Part shown: positions 50,383 to 62,935 of the stretch, in pieces | How the letters are laid out: every line of letters starts with the position of its first letter | Numbering within the stretch: position 1 is the stretch's first letter | Assembly (NCBI GenBank): GCA_951406725.2 | Contig: OX597829.1 | Location: 22,444,001-22,508,000, forward strand | Direction: 5' to 3' | DNA: 64,000 nucleotides | From: Octopus vulgaris | Taxonomy: Eukaryota | Position numbers and translations under genes: made by a program | Notes under the pieces: model-generated | The model's input: the letters and a program-made list of their open reading frames with translations, nothing else | Database searches by the model: none | What the model was told of the DNA's origin: nothing

Positions 50383-51846
50383 TTAAAGGATGATGACAAT
50401 GATGATGATGACGATGATTAATTTTTAATTGATTTAGATTTTAGAATACCTTATGTGAAAAATTAAGCAACTACCTCAGTCTTATGAGTCTCATGACTTA
50501 TGGTCTTCCAAAACTTTGGTAAGAACCACTTGCTGTGTATTCACTGCTGTAATTAACAGAACTGTTCAACAGTATCTCAATGCTGTTTATTTCATCCATC
50601 TCTCAGACAAGAAAGTAGTTTATTTCATGTGTCTTGATTATGAAGTCTTTACAGTGCCAGTGAAAGCATATAAACCATTCTTCATTGCTTTCGTATGAAT
50701 TCCAATATCCTGTTGACTCAGCTATATGTGACAGCGTACGATATTAATTTCACACACTCACACACACACACATACAACAAACACACATACTATATTATTG
50801 ATTTTGTCAGAACAAATATTAGTATTACCATTGTCCAACATCAACCAGACATTTATTGAGAAACAAGAACCAAACAAAGCAAATGTTCTCCAAGAATGAA
50901 TGACATGTTTTTAGGTTCAGGCAGTCGACACCTCTCACTTGAAGTGCCTTCCTCATATTCCACCATTTTAAAAAAGCATCAACTGCCCTATATTCCACTC
51001 CCAGTTAAGATCTAATTAATGATTTCTTATGATGACATGACACAAGACCATAAATTAAAAGAGGAAGGGGGTTATCAGTTAAATCAACCCCAGTATTTAA
51101 CTGGTACTTTATTGTACTGAACTCTTAAGGATGAAAGACAAAGTTGACTTCTGCAGGATTTTGAACTTAGAATGCAAAGATCTGGAAATTGATACTCCAA
51201 GATGTTTGGTTTTTCACTAATGATTCTGCTAAACCAAGATATAATTAATGATTCTAGTTGAATGAAAATCCCAGAAGGGAATTAACATGTTATTATCAGA
51301 AATATTGTATATGTTAATCCAAAGATGCAGTCTTCAAGCAATGTGATAATTTTAATACCATTTACTTAACAGATACAAGATCACCCATTTAGGCAGAGGG
51401 AACAATCAAGTTATATTAAGCGCCCATATTTGGTCATTGGTACTTGGTCATTCACACCACAAATATTAGAACTGAACTCTGCTGTATTTGAACTCAGAAC
51501 GTAAAGAAGCAACTACATTGCATACCACCTCAACCAACACCCCTTCCCTTATATTTCCACACACAGTCATACCCTTCATACTACAGACATACAAGTTGTA
51601 CAATCATACCATTAATATTCCAGTTTTACCATTCATACCACCATAGATTTTCTTGCTCTACCTTCCATTCCAATAACATACCACAATTGATCTACCAGGT
51701 GTACCATTTATAATACCACTAATATTCCAGTTTTACAATTCATAGCAGTTCTACCATCCATTCAGCTAAATACTACACTCATCTACCACTTGTAACCATT
51801 CATACCACCATGGTACCATAACTAACCTACCATTATTCTGGAGTTT

Positions 51847-52070
51847 AAGGCAGCAAGCTGGCAGAATCTTTATTTAGCAAACTGGGTGAAAAGCTCAGCA
51901 GTATTTCATCCGTCCTTTCATTCTCAGTTCAAATTCCGCTGAGGTTGACCTAGCCTTTCATCCTTCCAGGGTCAATAAAATAAGTACCTGTTGTGTACTG
52001 GGAGTTAATGTGGTCGACTATCCCCCTACAGTAAAATTTCAGGCCTTGTGCTTATAGTTGAAAGGATTAA
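51847..52070 (+). mobile_element. Full-length SINE family B
   Basis: GGCAGCAAGCTGGCAGAA...GTTCAAATTCCGCTGAGGTTGACCTAGCCTTTCATCCTTCCAGGGTCAATAAAATAAGTACC...GGCCTTGTGC. Confidence 0.85.
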
Positions 52071-52389
52071 CCTGGAGATTATATTTTAGTCTCTGCTCCA
52101 TAACAGACCACCCCAACATACAGGCACACATACAACCCCCTCCCACAAATACACAGACACATGCACAAATACATGACCGGCTTCCACGTAGTTTCAGTCT
52201 ACCAAATTCACTCACACAGCATTAGATGGTCAGGAGTTATAATAGTATATGCTTGGCTAAGGTGCCACATGTTAGGATTGAACCTGAATTACGAGCCTCG
52301 TAATTATACAGTTATGCCCGTAGAAAACGATCACTGTTTATTTAATGCTTTAAATGAAAGAATGAAACTATCTCTCACTCACTCACTCA

Positions 52390-52436
<47 letters not shown>

Positions 52437-54189
52437 TCTGCTTGTGGCTCCAACAGCCATACTGACATACCACTGACCTATCAAGTCTTCTAGTGAACGC
52501 TCTCGAATGCTCTCATGTAATTAGCTGCCACAGTTAACTGACATTGATTTGCCAGGGAACTGCATCGACCATATTCCATTGATAAGACCGAAAATACATT
52601 AATAATTAAATGAAACAGACAATAGTCTTTGTGAAACGTATCACATACCTCTGCCAATTTATGATGTAAAAGTCTGAGCAAACAATGCACAATGAGTAAA
52701 TCGCTGTTGTTGTTGTAGTTGTTGTTGGTGGTGGTGTTGAGATGCCTTTTGTCAGTTCTGCATGAGCTGATCAATGCCAACAATGTAGCTGATCAAACAA
52801 AGAAATCCAATCAATAATTCTAGCTATCAATATTTTATCATTATGATGAAGCATGTTGCCCCTCAGGTCTGGTTTCTGTTTTTAACCCTTTTGTGACCCT
52901 ATCTCTGACAAAGTACTCTGCTTAATTTATGTTTCAATTAATTATGGGAATAGTTAAGGATTAATTAATTAATTAATTAATTATTTAAAGGATTAAAGCA
53001 GATCAAAAGACAAGAGCAGAAACGCAAGTGCCCCCCCCCACACACACACACACATACTTCCTCCCTCGCTATCCTTACTGCAGTTGAAATATCAGTCCCA
53101 ACAAGAGATGATAATGTATCTATACAAAAGAGATTGAAAATTGACCAAATATAAAGATCTGGAAATGGAGATAACCGGAATGTGGGAAGTAATAACAGAA
53201 ATAGATGATGTTATGATGATGATGATGATGATAGATGACATGAGAATGATTAAATAACTGTGCAAATACATAAATGAAACACAATACAATGTACAGAAAA
53301 TATCACACACACACACATAGACACACATACACATACATACACACACGCATACACAATGTATGGGGTACTTTCAATACCACAGGAAACAACATAACCAAAA
53401 CAAATCACAGTAGAAATCCAAGATACAGGAACTGAGCCAAGTTGAGAAGTGAAAACACATAATGATAATAATAATGATGATGTTGATGATGATGATGATG
53501 CTGATAATGATGATGATGATGATTTCAAATTTTGGCATACGGTCAGCCATTACAAGGGAGAGGAATTAAGTTAATTACATATCAAACCCTCTTCCCCCCC
53601 CCCCCCAGTATTCGACTGGTGCTTACTTTATCGACCCCTGATAGGATGAAAGGAAAACGCTGACCCTCGGTAGAATATGAAATAATGATATTTGGAATTT
53701 CTGTGTTTCTGCAGTTCTTTTTTCATTTAATGATAAATAATGCTAATAGTAATTAAAGGACCTCCATCCACGTGCGTGTTATTCTGCCGAGTTCTGAAAA
53801 GATGACATGCAACAAAAAAAAAAAAAAAAAGAAAAAGAAAAAGAAAAAAAAATCAACCTTGACAAGGCTTGATCCCAGAATAAAAAGGGCTGAAACTAAA
53901 TACTGCGCAAGGCTTTCAGCTCAGTGCTCTACCATTTCTTCCACCCCACCACCCGTTCATCACCCACCACAGCAAAGTGTAATAATGACTACCATCACGT
54001 AAATGCTTCTTAACTAAAAAAACCCTGGCATACAGAACTCTCTGAAGCAGTTATTTGCAGAAATTAACCATCCACTCAGGAAATCTATGGAAATGGCACA
54101 TCATATTTTGCTTCTTCACTTTAATAAACGCCACATTTTTAACCTGAATACCTTCAACGTTAGCATATTTTATAAGTATCTCAAGAAGG

Positions 54190-54229
<40 letters not shown>

Positions 54230-54722
54230 GGAAGAGAGAGATTCAACTAGCATCTCTACGGTTTGGAGATTAGAAACAGATAAATGTACCAACTAAGCTA
54301 TTAAATGTTTATGTAACAAAACTTAACTAAGCTTTTTACAAGATAGTCAGGATTGTGTATGAGCATGTGTGTGGTGTGTGTATGTGTATGGATGTACGTG
54401 TACATGTGTATGCGAGTACATGTATGTGTGTAAATGTATGTGTAAGTGTGTGTTTTGATAATTATGAGCAAGGACCTAAAATTGGTGTAATTTTAATTTT
54501 TTTAAACCACGATAACAATTTTAAACATTGGCAGATCCTAATGGTGCTGCTGCTGCTGCTGTTTAGCCCCAGGTCAGCAATGGTTAGAACAAACCGATAA
54601 TCAAACGTATTCTGCTCATGACCCATCACATCTTTTTCAGCATAGTTTATTAATCTCAGAATACTACAATAACCTCTAAAATGTGTGTGTGTGTGTGTGT
54701 GTGAGAGAGAATGTTTCTAGGT

Positions 54723-55115
54723 AGGCACAGGTATGGTTGTGTGATAAGACGTTTGCTTACAAACTAAATGGTTTTTTAGTTCAGTTCCTCTGCATAGCAC
54801 CTCTGGCAAGTGTCTTCTACTATAGCCTTGGGCTGACCAAACCCTTGCGAGTAGATTTGGTAGGTGGAAACAGAAAGCTTGTCATACATAATATCTGTGT
54901 GTGTGTGTGTGTGTCAGTGTATGTTTCAAATCACCGCTTACAACCAGTGTTGGTGTGTTTACAACACCGTAGCTTAATGTAATGGCAAAAGAGACAAATA
55001 GAATAAATACCAGGCTTTAAAAACAAGAAAAGTACTAGCATAGATCCGTTTGACTAAAATCCTTCAAGGTGGTGCTCCAGCATGACCAAAATCAAATGAC
55101 TGAAACAAGCAAGAT
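54723..55115 (+). mobile_element. SINE family A
   Basis: Head AGGCACAGGTATGGTTGTGTG, GGCAAGTGTCTTCTACTATAGCC, tail AAATGACTGAAACAAG. Confidence 0.85.
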
Positions 55116-55324
55116 GTGATTAAGTATAGGTTTGAAAGCTAAAATGTGTCAGAAAAAGGGCACCCAAGAGTCAGGACCTGGATGTGATGCAACCCCTTGA
55201 AAGTATAAGAAGTTAAGGATTGAAACACTTGCCTCTTCAGCTCTCTCAAGAGTATCTTCCCACTGATTTGAGGTTTGGAGAACATCCTGCTACCATGTCT
55301 AGCAGAGTGAATGTCTATCTAGAG

Positions 55325-55873
55325 CAGGAGTTCTCAACCATCTTTTTTTTTATCTATGGACCCCTCTGATAACTATTCTATTCTGTTCTGTTGGACCCCA
55401 ATAGCCATTATAGAAACTCATTCCAAAATTCCTATTTTGTTTTTCACACATTCCCTTGTGTGGGTTGAACTATGTAAAATGTCAGAGAAAGAAACCTAGA
55501 TGTTTCTTGCAATACCAATACATACATACATCTGAAGCAGAGGTTCTGGACCATTTTTTAAATCTTATTTTATTCTGGTGGACCTCTTAGTTATTTGATG
55601 TTTAAAAACCAGTTTTATAGAAACTTCTTCCAAAATTCCTATTTTGTTTTTCACACATCAACTTGTGTAGGTTGAACTATGCAAAATGTAAGAGAAAGAA
55701 ACTTAGCTGTTTCTTGCAATACATACTCCAATACATACATCTGAAGCAAAATTTCTTCAGGGGCCCTTAAAATACTATTGGGGATCCGCAGCTTACTATT
55801 TTGCTTATGTGGACCCCAAAAGATCTTATAATGGACCCTCTGGGGTCATATGGACCTTGGTTGAAAACCATTG
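55325..55873 (+). mobile_element. hAT (Charlie-like) non-autonomous transposon with internal duplication
   Basis: TIRs CAGGAGTTCTCAACC / GGTTGAAAACCATTG. 8 bp TSD ATCTAGAG/ATCTACAG. A block starting ATAGAAACT...TTCCAAAATTCCTATTTTG is present twice. Confidence 0.82.
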
Positions 55874-55881
55874 ATCTACAG

Positions 55882-56027
55882 CAGTCATGGACAAACTGCA
55901 GCCTGTGGGACTTTCTGAATAGCATGCCTAATGGAAAATTGCCTTGAGTATTTTTTAACAGTGTGGCCCATCTAATCATGAGTTATGTCCTATGTGGCCC
56001 ACTTCTTGAAAGAATTGCTCATACTTG
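55882..56027 (+). mobile_element. Second short hAT-type element (MER58-like ends), decayed
   Basis: Starts CAGTCATGGACAAACTGCAGCC directly after the shared TSD, has internal GTGGCCC motifs, and is followed by TACTAGAG. Confidence 0.5.
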
Positions 56028-56359
56028 TACTAGAGGTAGCCTGTCACTGTACAACCAACAGTTTACAGCCAAACCAGTAAAAGACAGAAATTCTAAACAT
56101 TGAAACCTTTCACTCCAACTCACATCAAATTTATAGATCTTTTCTACAATTCTACAATTGGTCAATTCCTGCTGCTGCAGCAGATCATCATCAAAAGCTC
56201 TCATTTCCAGATTTTGCTCAAAAGTGGCAATATTTTGGTTTTTCTTTTGAGAAGTATAATTTCAGACAGAGGCTACAGTAAAAAAAGTTTGAGATTAATT
56301 GAATGTGAGTAATGAACTAATAGGAAATTACACTAATTAAGTTTGATTACATTAGAAAG

Positions 56360-56610
56360 TGAGGAATGCAGTATGAATACAGAAGGAAGAATGTGATGAT
56401 ACGGATGAATGTAGCAGCAGGAAAACAGTGGTATGGTTGAACAGAGAAGCAGGAAAGCAGTAGTATGGACACGGAAGAAGGAATGTAGTGATATGGACAC
56501 AGATGCAGGACTGCAGTGGTGTGAACACAGAAGCAAGAATGCAGTGGTGTGAACACAGCGGCGGGAAAGCAGTGGTGTGGACACAGAAGCTGGAAAGCAG
56601 TAGTATGCTT
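56360..56610. repeat. About 28 bp minisatellite AAGCAGGAAAGCAGTGGTGTGGACACAG
   Basis: About 8 imperfect copies. Confidence 0.8.
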
Positions 56611-56804
56611 TTGTGTTAGTAATAAATGATAATTAGAAGCAGTAGTTGTTGCATTACCTAAGGGCAACTTTCAACAAGCAAATCAAAGATCTTCCAGCCA
56701 TGACCATCCCATCTCAAGAGATAATGTTTCTAGGGTCTACATTATCTAATGCACATTTCCTTTATTTAAGGCATCAGGGTTTGATTTTGCAGGTTTATGT
56801 AAAG

Positions 56805-56954
56805 CAATGGTTCCCTACCTGAGGTCTGCAAAGGTAATACTAGGGGTCCGTGAACATGTTAAGCTGACAGATTTTTTTCAATATCCTGGGGTCTGTGGAA
56901 AAACTCATTTAGATAAAAGGGGGTCCTTGATAGAGAAAAGGTTAGGAACCATTG
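56805..56954. mobile_element. hAT MITE (150 bp)
   Basis: TIRs CAATGGTTCCCTACCT / AGGTTAGGAACCATTG with a perfect 8 bp TSD ATGTAAAG. Confidence 0.88.
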
Positions 56955-57241
56955 ATGTAAAGTGAGTTCTAGACAGGTCATGGTGTATGTGTTTATGATC
57001 TTGAAGGAACCATCTCTGGCTAGTTAAAAACAAAGGGAAATTATACCATTTGTACAATTGTTCTAATTCTTTTATACAGTTTTTTTTTTTACATGAGAAT
57101 ATATTATGCAGCATACATGCATAATTGTTTATTCCCTTTATGTCTCTTTATTCATACTAGCATGAGCTAAAAAGATGCAATATTGAGGTTTTGTTTTTAC
57201 AGCTGAATGTCCTTTACTCTATTAAGCCTTTACCTGGATTC

Positions 57242-57244
<3 letters not shown>

Positions 57245-57275
<31 letters not shown>

Positions 57276-57965
57276 TGATGATGTAGATGAAATTATTGTG
57301 TATGATGCTCAGGTGCACTACAACTTATCAAAGTTGCATGTACAGTGCATAGAATTATGTACAAAAGTCAGGAAAGTGAACAGTGTATGAGTCATGATAT
57401 ACATGTGTCCATGCATATGGAGGGGGTATATCAGGTGTAGTGTTGGCAAATTTCAGGAAGTATGGAGGTTTTAAAGGATGCAATGTCTTGCCGACTAACA
57501 ACTGATGCAGGTAGTTTATTCCATGCTTCAGCAACTCTGGGTGTGAAAAAATGTTTCTGAAAGTCATGGGAGCTGTGCTGTTTCTGACATGACCACATGT
57601 GTCAGAAACATGGAGCTCAAAAAGGTGCTCAAAGTGGTTGTTGGCAGGATGGTTAATAATTTTGTGGGTGTTTACCAAGTCAGTTGCCAGATGTCAGGGC
57701 TTCAATGTATTAATGCCCAGGGAAGCAAGGCATTCAGTGTATGGTAGATGCCTGATGGAAGGTATTCACCTGGTTGTACGTCTGAACAGTTTTCAGGAGA
57801 TCAATGTCCTGAGCAAAATAAGGGTTCCAGACTGGTGATGCAAATTCCAAGTGTGGTCGCACCATAGCCATATACAACCTTAAATATATAGCTGGAGAGT
57901 GGCTGACAAAGGTCTTGCTGATGCCAAGACACCCTCAACCTTTTTGACAATTTTAAAGATGTGCT
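57245..57965 (-). pseudogene. CR1/L2-clade LINE 3' fragment
   Basis: Minus-strand LYMAMVRPHLEFASPVWNPYFAQDIDLLKTVQ matches the conserved LY...VRP.LEY...VW.P....I..LE.VQ motif. Ends in a (CAT)/(ATT) tail. Confidence 0.82.
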
Positions 57966-58224
57966 TTTAGAGGGACCTCTTGTTTTACCTGTCTTTGATG
58001 GGGCAAAGCCAGTAAATAGCTTGTTAAAATAGGAAGTGAATGCAGTGCCACTGCTTGTAGTAAATGACTCTTGTAGAGTTTAAATGTAAGCATACATATA
58101 TACACATAAATATTAAGTTTCTACCAATTTCCATCTGTCAAATTCACTCATAAGGCTTTGCGTTGCAAAATGAACATTTTAACCACACACACATGCACAC
58201 ACTCATGTGCGCATGCATGCACAA

Positions 58225-58540
58225 CACACAGACACATGGTTCTAAGTTCTGACCCCTTGAATGGCAACTTGGTCAAGTGTCTTCCACTGTAGCTCCAGGC
58301 CAACCAAAGCCTTGTGAGTTGACTGGGTAGAAGGAAACTGAAAGAAGCCTGTTGTGTATACGCATATATGTGTGTGAGTGTGAGTGTTTGTGTGTGTGTG
58401 TGTGTGTGTGTATCCTGCACCACTAATTGGCAACAAGTGTTGGTTTGTTTACCTCCCTTGAACAATTTGCTGCACCAAACTCTTCAAGACAGAGCCCCAG
58501 CATGGCTGCAGTCTAATGAATGAAACAAGTAAAAGACATA
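58225..58540 (+). mobile_element. SINE family A, decayed
   Basis: CAAGTGTCTTCCACTGTAGC..CCAAAGCCTTGTGAG..GGAAACTGAAAGAAGCC and tail GAAACAAGTAAAAGA. Confidence 0.78.
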
Positions 58541-58584
58541 CACACACACACACATATTTTTTGTTTCAACTCCACAGCCCTGTG

Positions 58585-58619
<35 letters not shown>

Positions 58620-58624
<5 letters not shown>

Positions 58625-58840
58625 CTTTATTGCCCACAGGTGGCTAAACATAGAGGCGACAAACAATGACAGATAAAGGGTTTAATTTGATTACATCAAC
58701 CCCAGTATGAAACTGGTACTTATTTAAAATATCCTGAAAGGCAAAGTCGACCTCGGCAGAATTTGGATTCAGAACTTAACGGCAGACAAAATACCACTAA
58801 GCATTTCGCCCGATGTGCTAATAATTCTGCCAGTTCGCCA
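58620..58840 (-). mobile_element. SINE family B, flanked by (TA)n
   Basis: GGCAAAGTCGACCTCGGCAGAATTTG...CTGCCAGTTCGCC with the CCCACAGG..GCTAAACA tail. Confidence 0.85.
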
Positions 58841-58846
58841 ATGTAG

Positions 58847-58896
<50 letters not shown>

Positions 58897-58994
58897 CATA
58901 TACACCCTTAACACAAACATAAATCAGAAGGAAAAGAATTGGCACTGAATACTCAAAAAATAATTAATGATCAGTTTGAAACAAGGGCCTACAT

Positions 58995-59960
58995 ACAGGC
59001 AAAGTTGAGACTATGTGCTAAGAAGTTTGTTTCTCACCTACATAATTCTGGGTTCAGTCCCACTGTGTGGCACCTTGCACAAGTAAGTGTTTTTACTGTA
59101 GACCAGCGTCGGGGAGCTTTTTCAAACCAATTACCCCAAAATACATTTATTTATACTGACATTACCCCCCTTGATTTGAAAGGAAGAAAATTATGGATTC
59201 TTTAAATTCAAAAGGTTTATTGAGTCTATTTATATGGAGAATACAATTATAAATATAAAAAGTATAAAACAAATGCAATAGAATAAATTAACATCCTTAT
59301 TAGGAAACAAAAGGATTTTTACAGAATCTTCTCACTTCAGGTTTTGGAGAAATAATGTTTCATTTTTGTTACAACTAAATCAAAATTGGGGCATTTTTGA
59401 TGCCAGAACAATTTGGATCCAGTCTTTGGGGTCCAATCGATTACTCTGCTTTGATTTTATGTTTATTAGAATGGAAAATTCTTGTTCACGTGTAGGTTGT
59501 TGCAACAGGCAGCAACTTTTCGACTGCCTCTTCATGCCAGGAGAAAAATTTCTGTCATAACAAAGAATGCGTTCTTTTTTTTTTATATAATTTTACTGAT
59601 GTCTAATGAGTCCACATTACCCACAAGAATATAATTTTTACCCAACTTGGAGTAATTTATCCCGGTTTACTGACCCCTGCTATAGATTCAGGACAACCAA
59701 AGCTTTGTGAGTGGATATGGTAGGCAGAAACTGCAAGAAGTTCTTTTTATATATTTGCATGCATCTGTTTATGTTTGTCCGCTACCATCACTTGACAACT
59801 TAGTGGTTTGGCAAAAGATATCGATAAAATAAATACCAAGTTTTAAAAGAAAAAAAAGCAAAAAAAAAAAAAGAACTGGGTTTCAATTAGTTCGACTAAA
59901 CCTTTGAAGGCTGTGCTCCAGCATGGTCACAGTCGAATGACTGAAACAGGTAAAACGGAA
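58995..59960 (+). mobile_element. SINE family A split by a hAT insertion
   Basis: The head runs to 59103; the SINE resumes at about 59680 (CTATAG.TTCAGGACAACCAAAGCTTTGTGAGTGG). Confidence 0.82.
59104..59679 (-). mobile_element. hAT (Charlie-like) deletion derivative retaining a transposase dimerisation-domain remnant
   Basis: Ends CAG.GTCGG / CTGACCCCTG. TSD CTGTAGAC/CTATAGAT. The minus strand gives KLLPVATTYT then, after a frameshift, EQEFSILINIKSKQSNRLDP, resembling LLPF.TTYLCE.GFS....KTK.RNRL. Confidence 0.8.
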
Positions 59961-60625
59961 TAGGATTATATTTCGCATCTAACCTGAGCCTACAACCAAC
60001 TCTGGATAGACACCTGGTGATTTGAGGAATATTTGGTTGCTATTTCTAACAGGTTGAGTGGTACAACATAAAAGCTGCTTCATTGGCTTGTAGAATACAA
60101 GCAGTTGATGGTGATATATTTTTATATGATAGTAGGTAGGTGGGTAGGGTGGAGTAGTGTAGAGGTAGGTCAGGGCGATATATCACATGTGATGGTAAGC
60201 AAAGGAACAGGTAAACAGGATGTAAGTTGTTAAATAATTGGCAAATTAAGAACAAGGAAGATATGGAATGCAGAGTTTTAAGTGATTATATAAAAGAGGT
60301 GAGTTTAATAAGGGAAGTAATCTGGGGAAGCGATGAAGGATAGTCAGAAAGAAAGAAAGAAAAAAATTTTGGTAAGAGATTTTTTTTGTGCAAATTGTCT
60401 TGGACCAGAAGATGCCATCCATACAAGAATTTGTAAAAGAAATTTTCTATTGTTGGTCTGAACTTATTTTGTAAAGACTATGATGGTGGTGATGACAGTG
60501 ATTGTGTAGATGGTGATGATGATGATGATGATGATGATGATGGTGATGATAATTATATGATACAAAGTCTCAGGGCTTAGTGTAAGAGATGTGAATAAAA
60601 AGTGCTTGCGTCTAATAGTATTTGT

Positions 60626-60735
<110 letters not shown>

Positions 60736-61214
60736 AAGAAATAAATCTTAGAGATGTATAAAGACAGATGTGTGTGTATGAGAGGGAGAAAGAGAGAGAG
60801 TAGCAAGAAGGGTGTTATCAGCAGGGAAGCCAGCATTAAATTTAAGAGATATTTGGGTTATAATTGAAGAAGGAACTGAAATAGAATAGTTTGATGGAGG
60901 TAAATGGAAATAGAGTTAAAGAAAGCAATAGCATCTAATAAACATATACACAAAAAAAAAATAAAGTTTTTAGAACCAAAATGATTTTATTAGAATAATC
61001 TAAATATAGAATTATTACCTGAAGACAGGTTAACCATTTTCTTGCTGTATTTCTAAGTAAATAAATGTATGGTTTATGTATGTGTTTTAGGGAATTTTGA
61101 ACATAGTAAAGAATTTGAAAAAAATCAGGAAATATCTTCTAGGTGTTTGGAAGATATTTTTTTTAATAAAAGATTCCTCTATAGGAATGGAAGGCTTTAA
61201 GTGAAATAAAAAAA

Positions 61215-61530
61215 TTATCCCCATTGTTCATAAGTGACCATGGGATTGAACCTAGAAAGTCCACCCCCACCCCCCAAGACACAAGTCTGGGTAAGATTGT
61301 TTATGGAAGACGAGCAGTCACCCATGCATACCAGCCTCCCCTCCTCTCTCCATGCCACTGATGTTATTCAAGAGAAAAGCAACGGTTGATACATCTTGGC
61401 ACCAGTGATGTCACAACACATTTCCACAGCTGAGTGCACCGGAGCAATGTGAAAAATAAAGTGTCTTGCTCAAGAACTCAACACACAGCCTGGTCCAGGA
61501 ATTGAACTCACTCTACCTCATGATTGTGGT
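61215..61530 (-). mobile_element. SINE family D
   Basis: AAAGTGTCTTGCTCAAGAAC (CORE-like, reverse) and GGAATTGAACTC (B box, reverse). Confidence 0.68.
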
Positions 61531-62069
61531 AGTGAGTTTGATTCCCGCACCAAGGGGTTTTTTGTATCATGGAACTAGAGGAAAGTTCAAAATGGTTAGC
61601 AGTACAAAAAGGGTTTGGTACCAAGAGGCTGAACAAACTTTGAGATATTTGTATTTTTAGAGACAGCAACAAGAGTTGTGGCTAGGGATGCAATGATTTA
61701 AACATTGCAAATGTGTAGCCATGGTGTACACATGTGTGTAGCCAGGTGTACACACGTGTGTATGTGTGCATGTATATGTGTGAATGTGCATGTGTGTGCA
61801 TTCTGACCAAGTCAACTTTACCCTTTATTTTCCCTGTGCGAGTACATACAAGCAATCAATTGTGTCCCAACCATTTTATAAATCAGTGGCTTTGCACTGC
61901 AATAAGAAATCAATATGAAACAATATTGGTAGTGATCAATTTATTCTTGTGTTCTTACTTCTACTGGAGCAATATTCCCATTTCAGTGAAAAATCATTTG
62001 GTGTGCCCCCACCTCTATACAGCTTAGGTCTGACCAAATTTTTCTTATTTGCAATAATATAAAGACACA

Positions 62070-62215
62070 CCTTTACATTCTGAGTTCAAATGCTGCGAAG
62101 GTCAACTTTGCATTCCATTCCTTTGCATACTTTGTGCAGTTGTGCACTGGGGTTGATGTAATCAGTTTACTCCCTCCCTGGAATTTGGTGGCCTTGTGTC
62201 AAAATTCGAAATCAA
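62070..62215 (+). mobile_element. SINE family B, truncated
   Basis: CATTCTGAGTTCAAAT..GGTCAACTTTGC..CACTGGGGTTGATGTAATC..GGCCTTGTG. Confidence 0.75.
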
Positions 62216-62774
62216 TAATATCACACACAGATGTACATAGATAATCACATAAAATCTTTCATGACTAAATGAAATTGTTTGGATCTAAAATTGTCTCTTC
62301 AAGATATTTAAAGTATTTTTCTTAAAATCATTGGCACTATTCCATCATCAAAGATTCATCCTATGGATTTGTTTGTGCCAGATTCTTGTTCAAAACAACT
62401 GAAGTTCACAAGATGCAAACAGGAATCTCATTTGAGAGTAAGAGGTGTCAATTGTCTTGAGGCAAAAAAAATTCTGACTAGAAGAAACCTTTATGGCATT
62501 TACCTTTAACAAGAATATTTTGATAATACTGAAGAATTTTGTGCAGGTGGATTGTGACTTGTTGAACACAAAAAATACAGATGTTACAAGAAACCAAGCA
62601 TAACCCTTTCCACCATCACTGCATACAATTCAACAATGTACTCTCTTCAGATTTCCTCCCTAAAAATTATAACTACCTGTTCAATCTTTTGGTTACTAGC
62701 ATGAAGCTGACCACCCTTACCAACACCAGAGCTTGTAGTTCTGTACACTGCATGGCAACTTCAATAATACAGGT

Positions 62775-62935
62775 GACATGGGATAAAAGCACTCAGTCCA
62801 CACAGAGAAAGTGGAAGGGCATCCAGTCATAGAAAACATGCTAATACAAACTTTGGAGTATGAAGAAGTCTTTGGACACAATGGATCCTGTCAAACTATC
62901 CAGTATGGAATTCAGATGTTAAATGGTGATGAATG
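62775..62935 (+). mobile_element. Retroposon family C 3' part, decayed
   Basis: GGAAGGGCATCCAGTCATAGAAAACATG...GATGTTAAATGGTGATG. Confidence 0.6.

Noticed and set aside
62320-62570. Very decayed Tc1/mariner transposase (PSSKIHPMDLFV resembling SPDLNP.D)
   Set aside because: A single weak motif with no TIRs identified.
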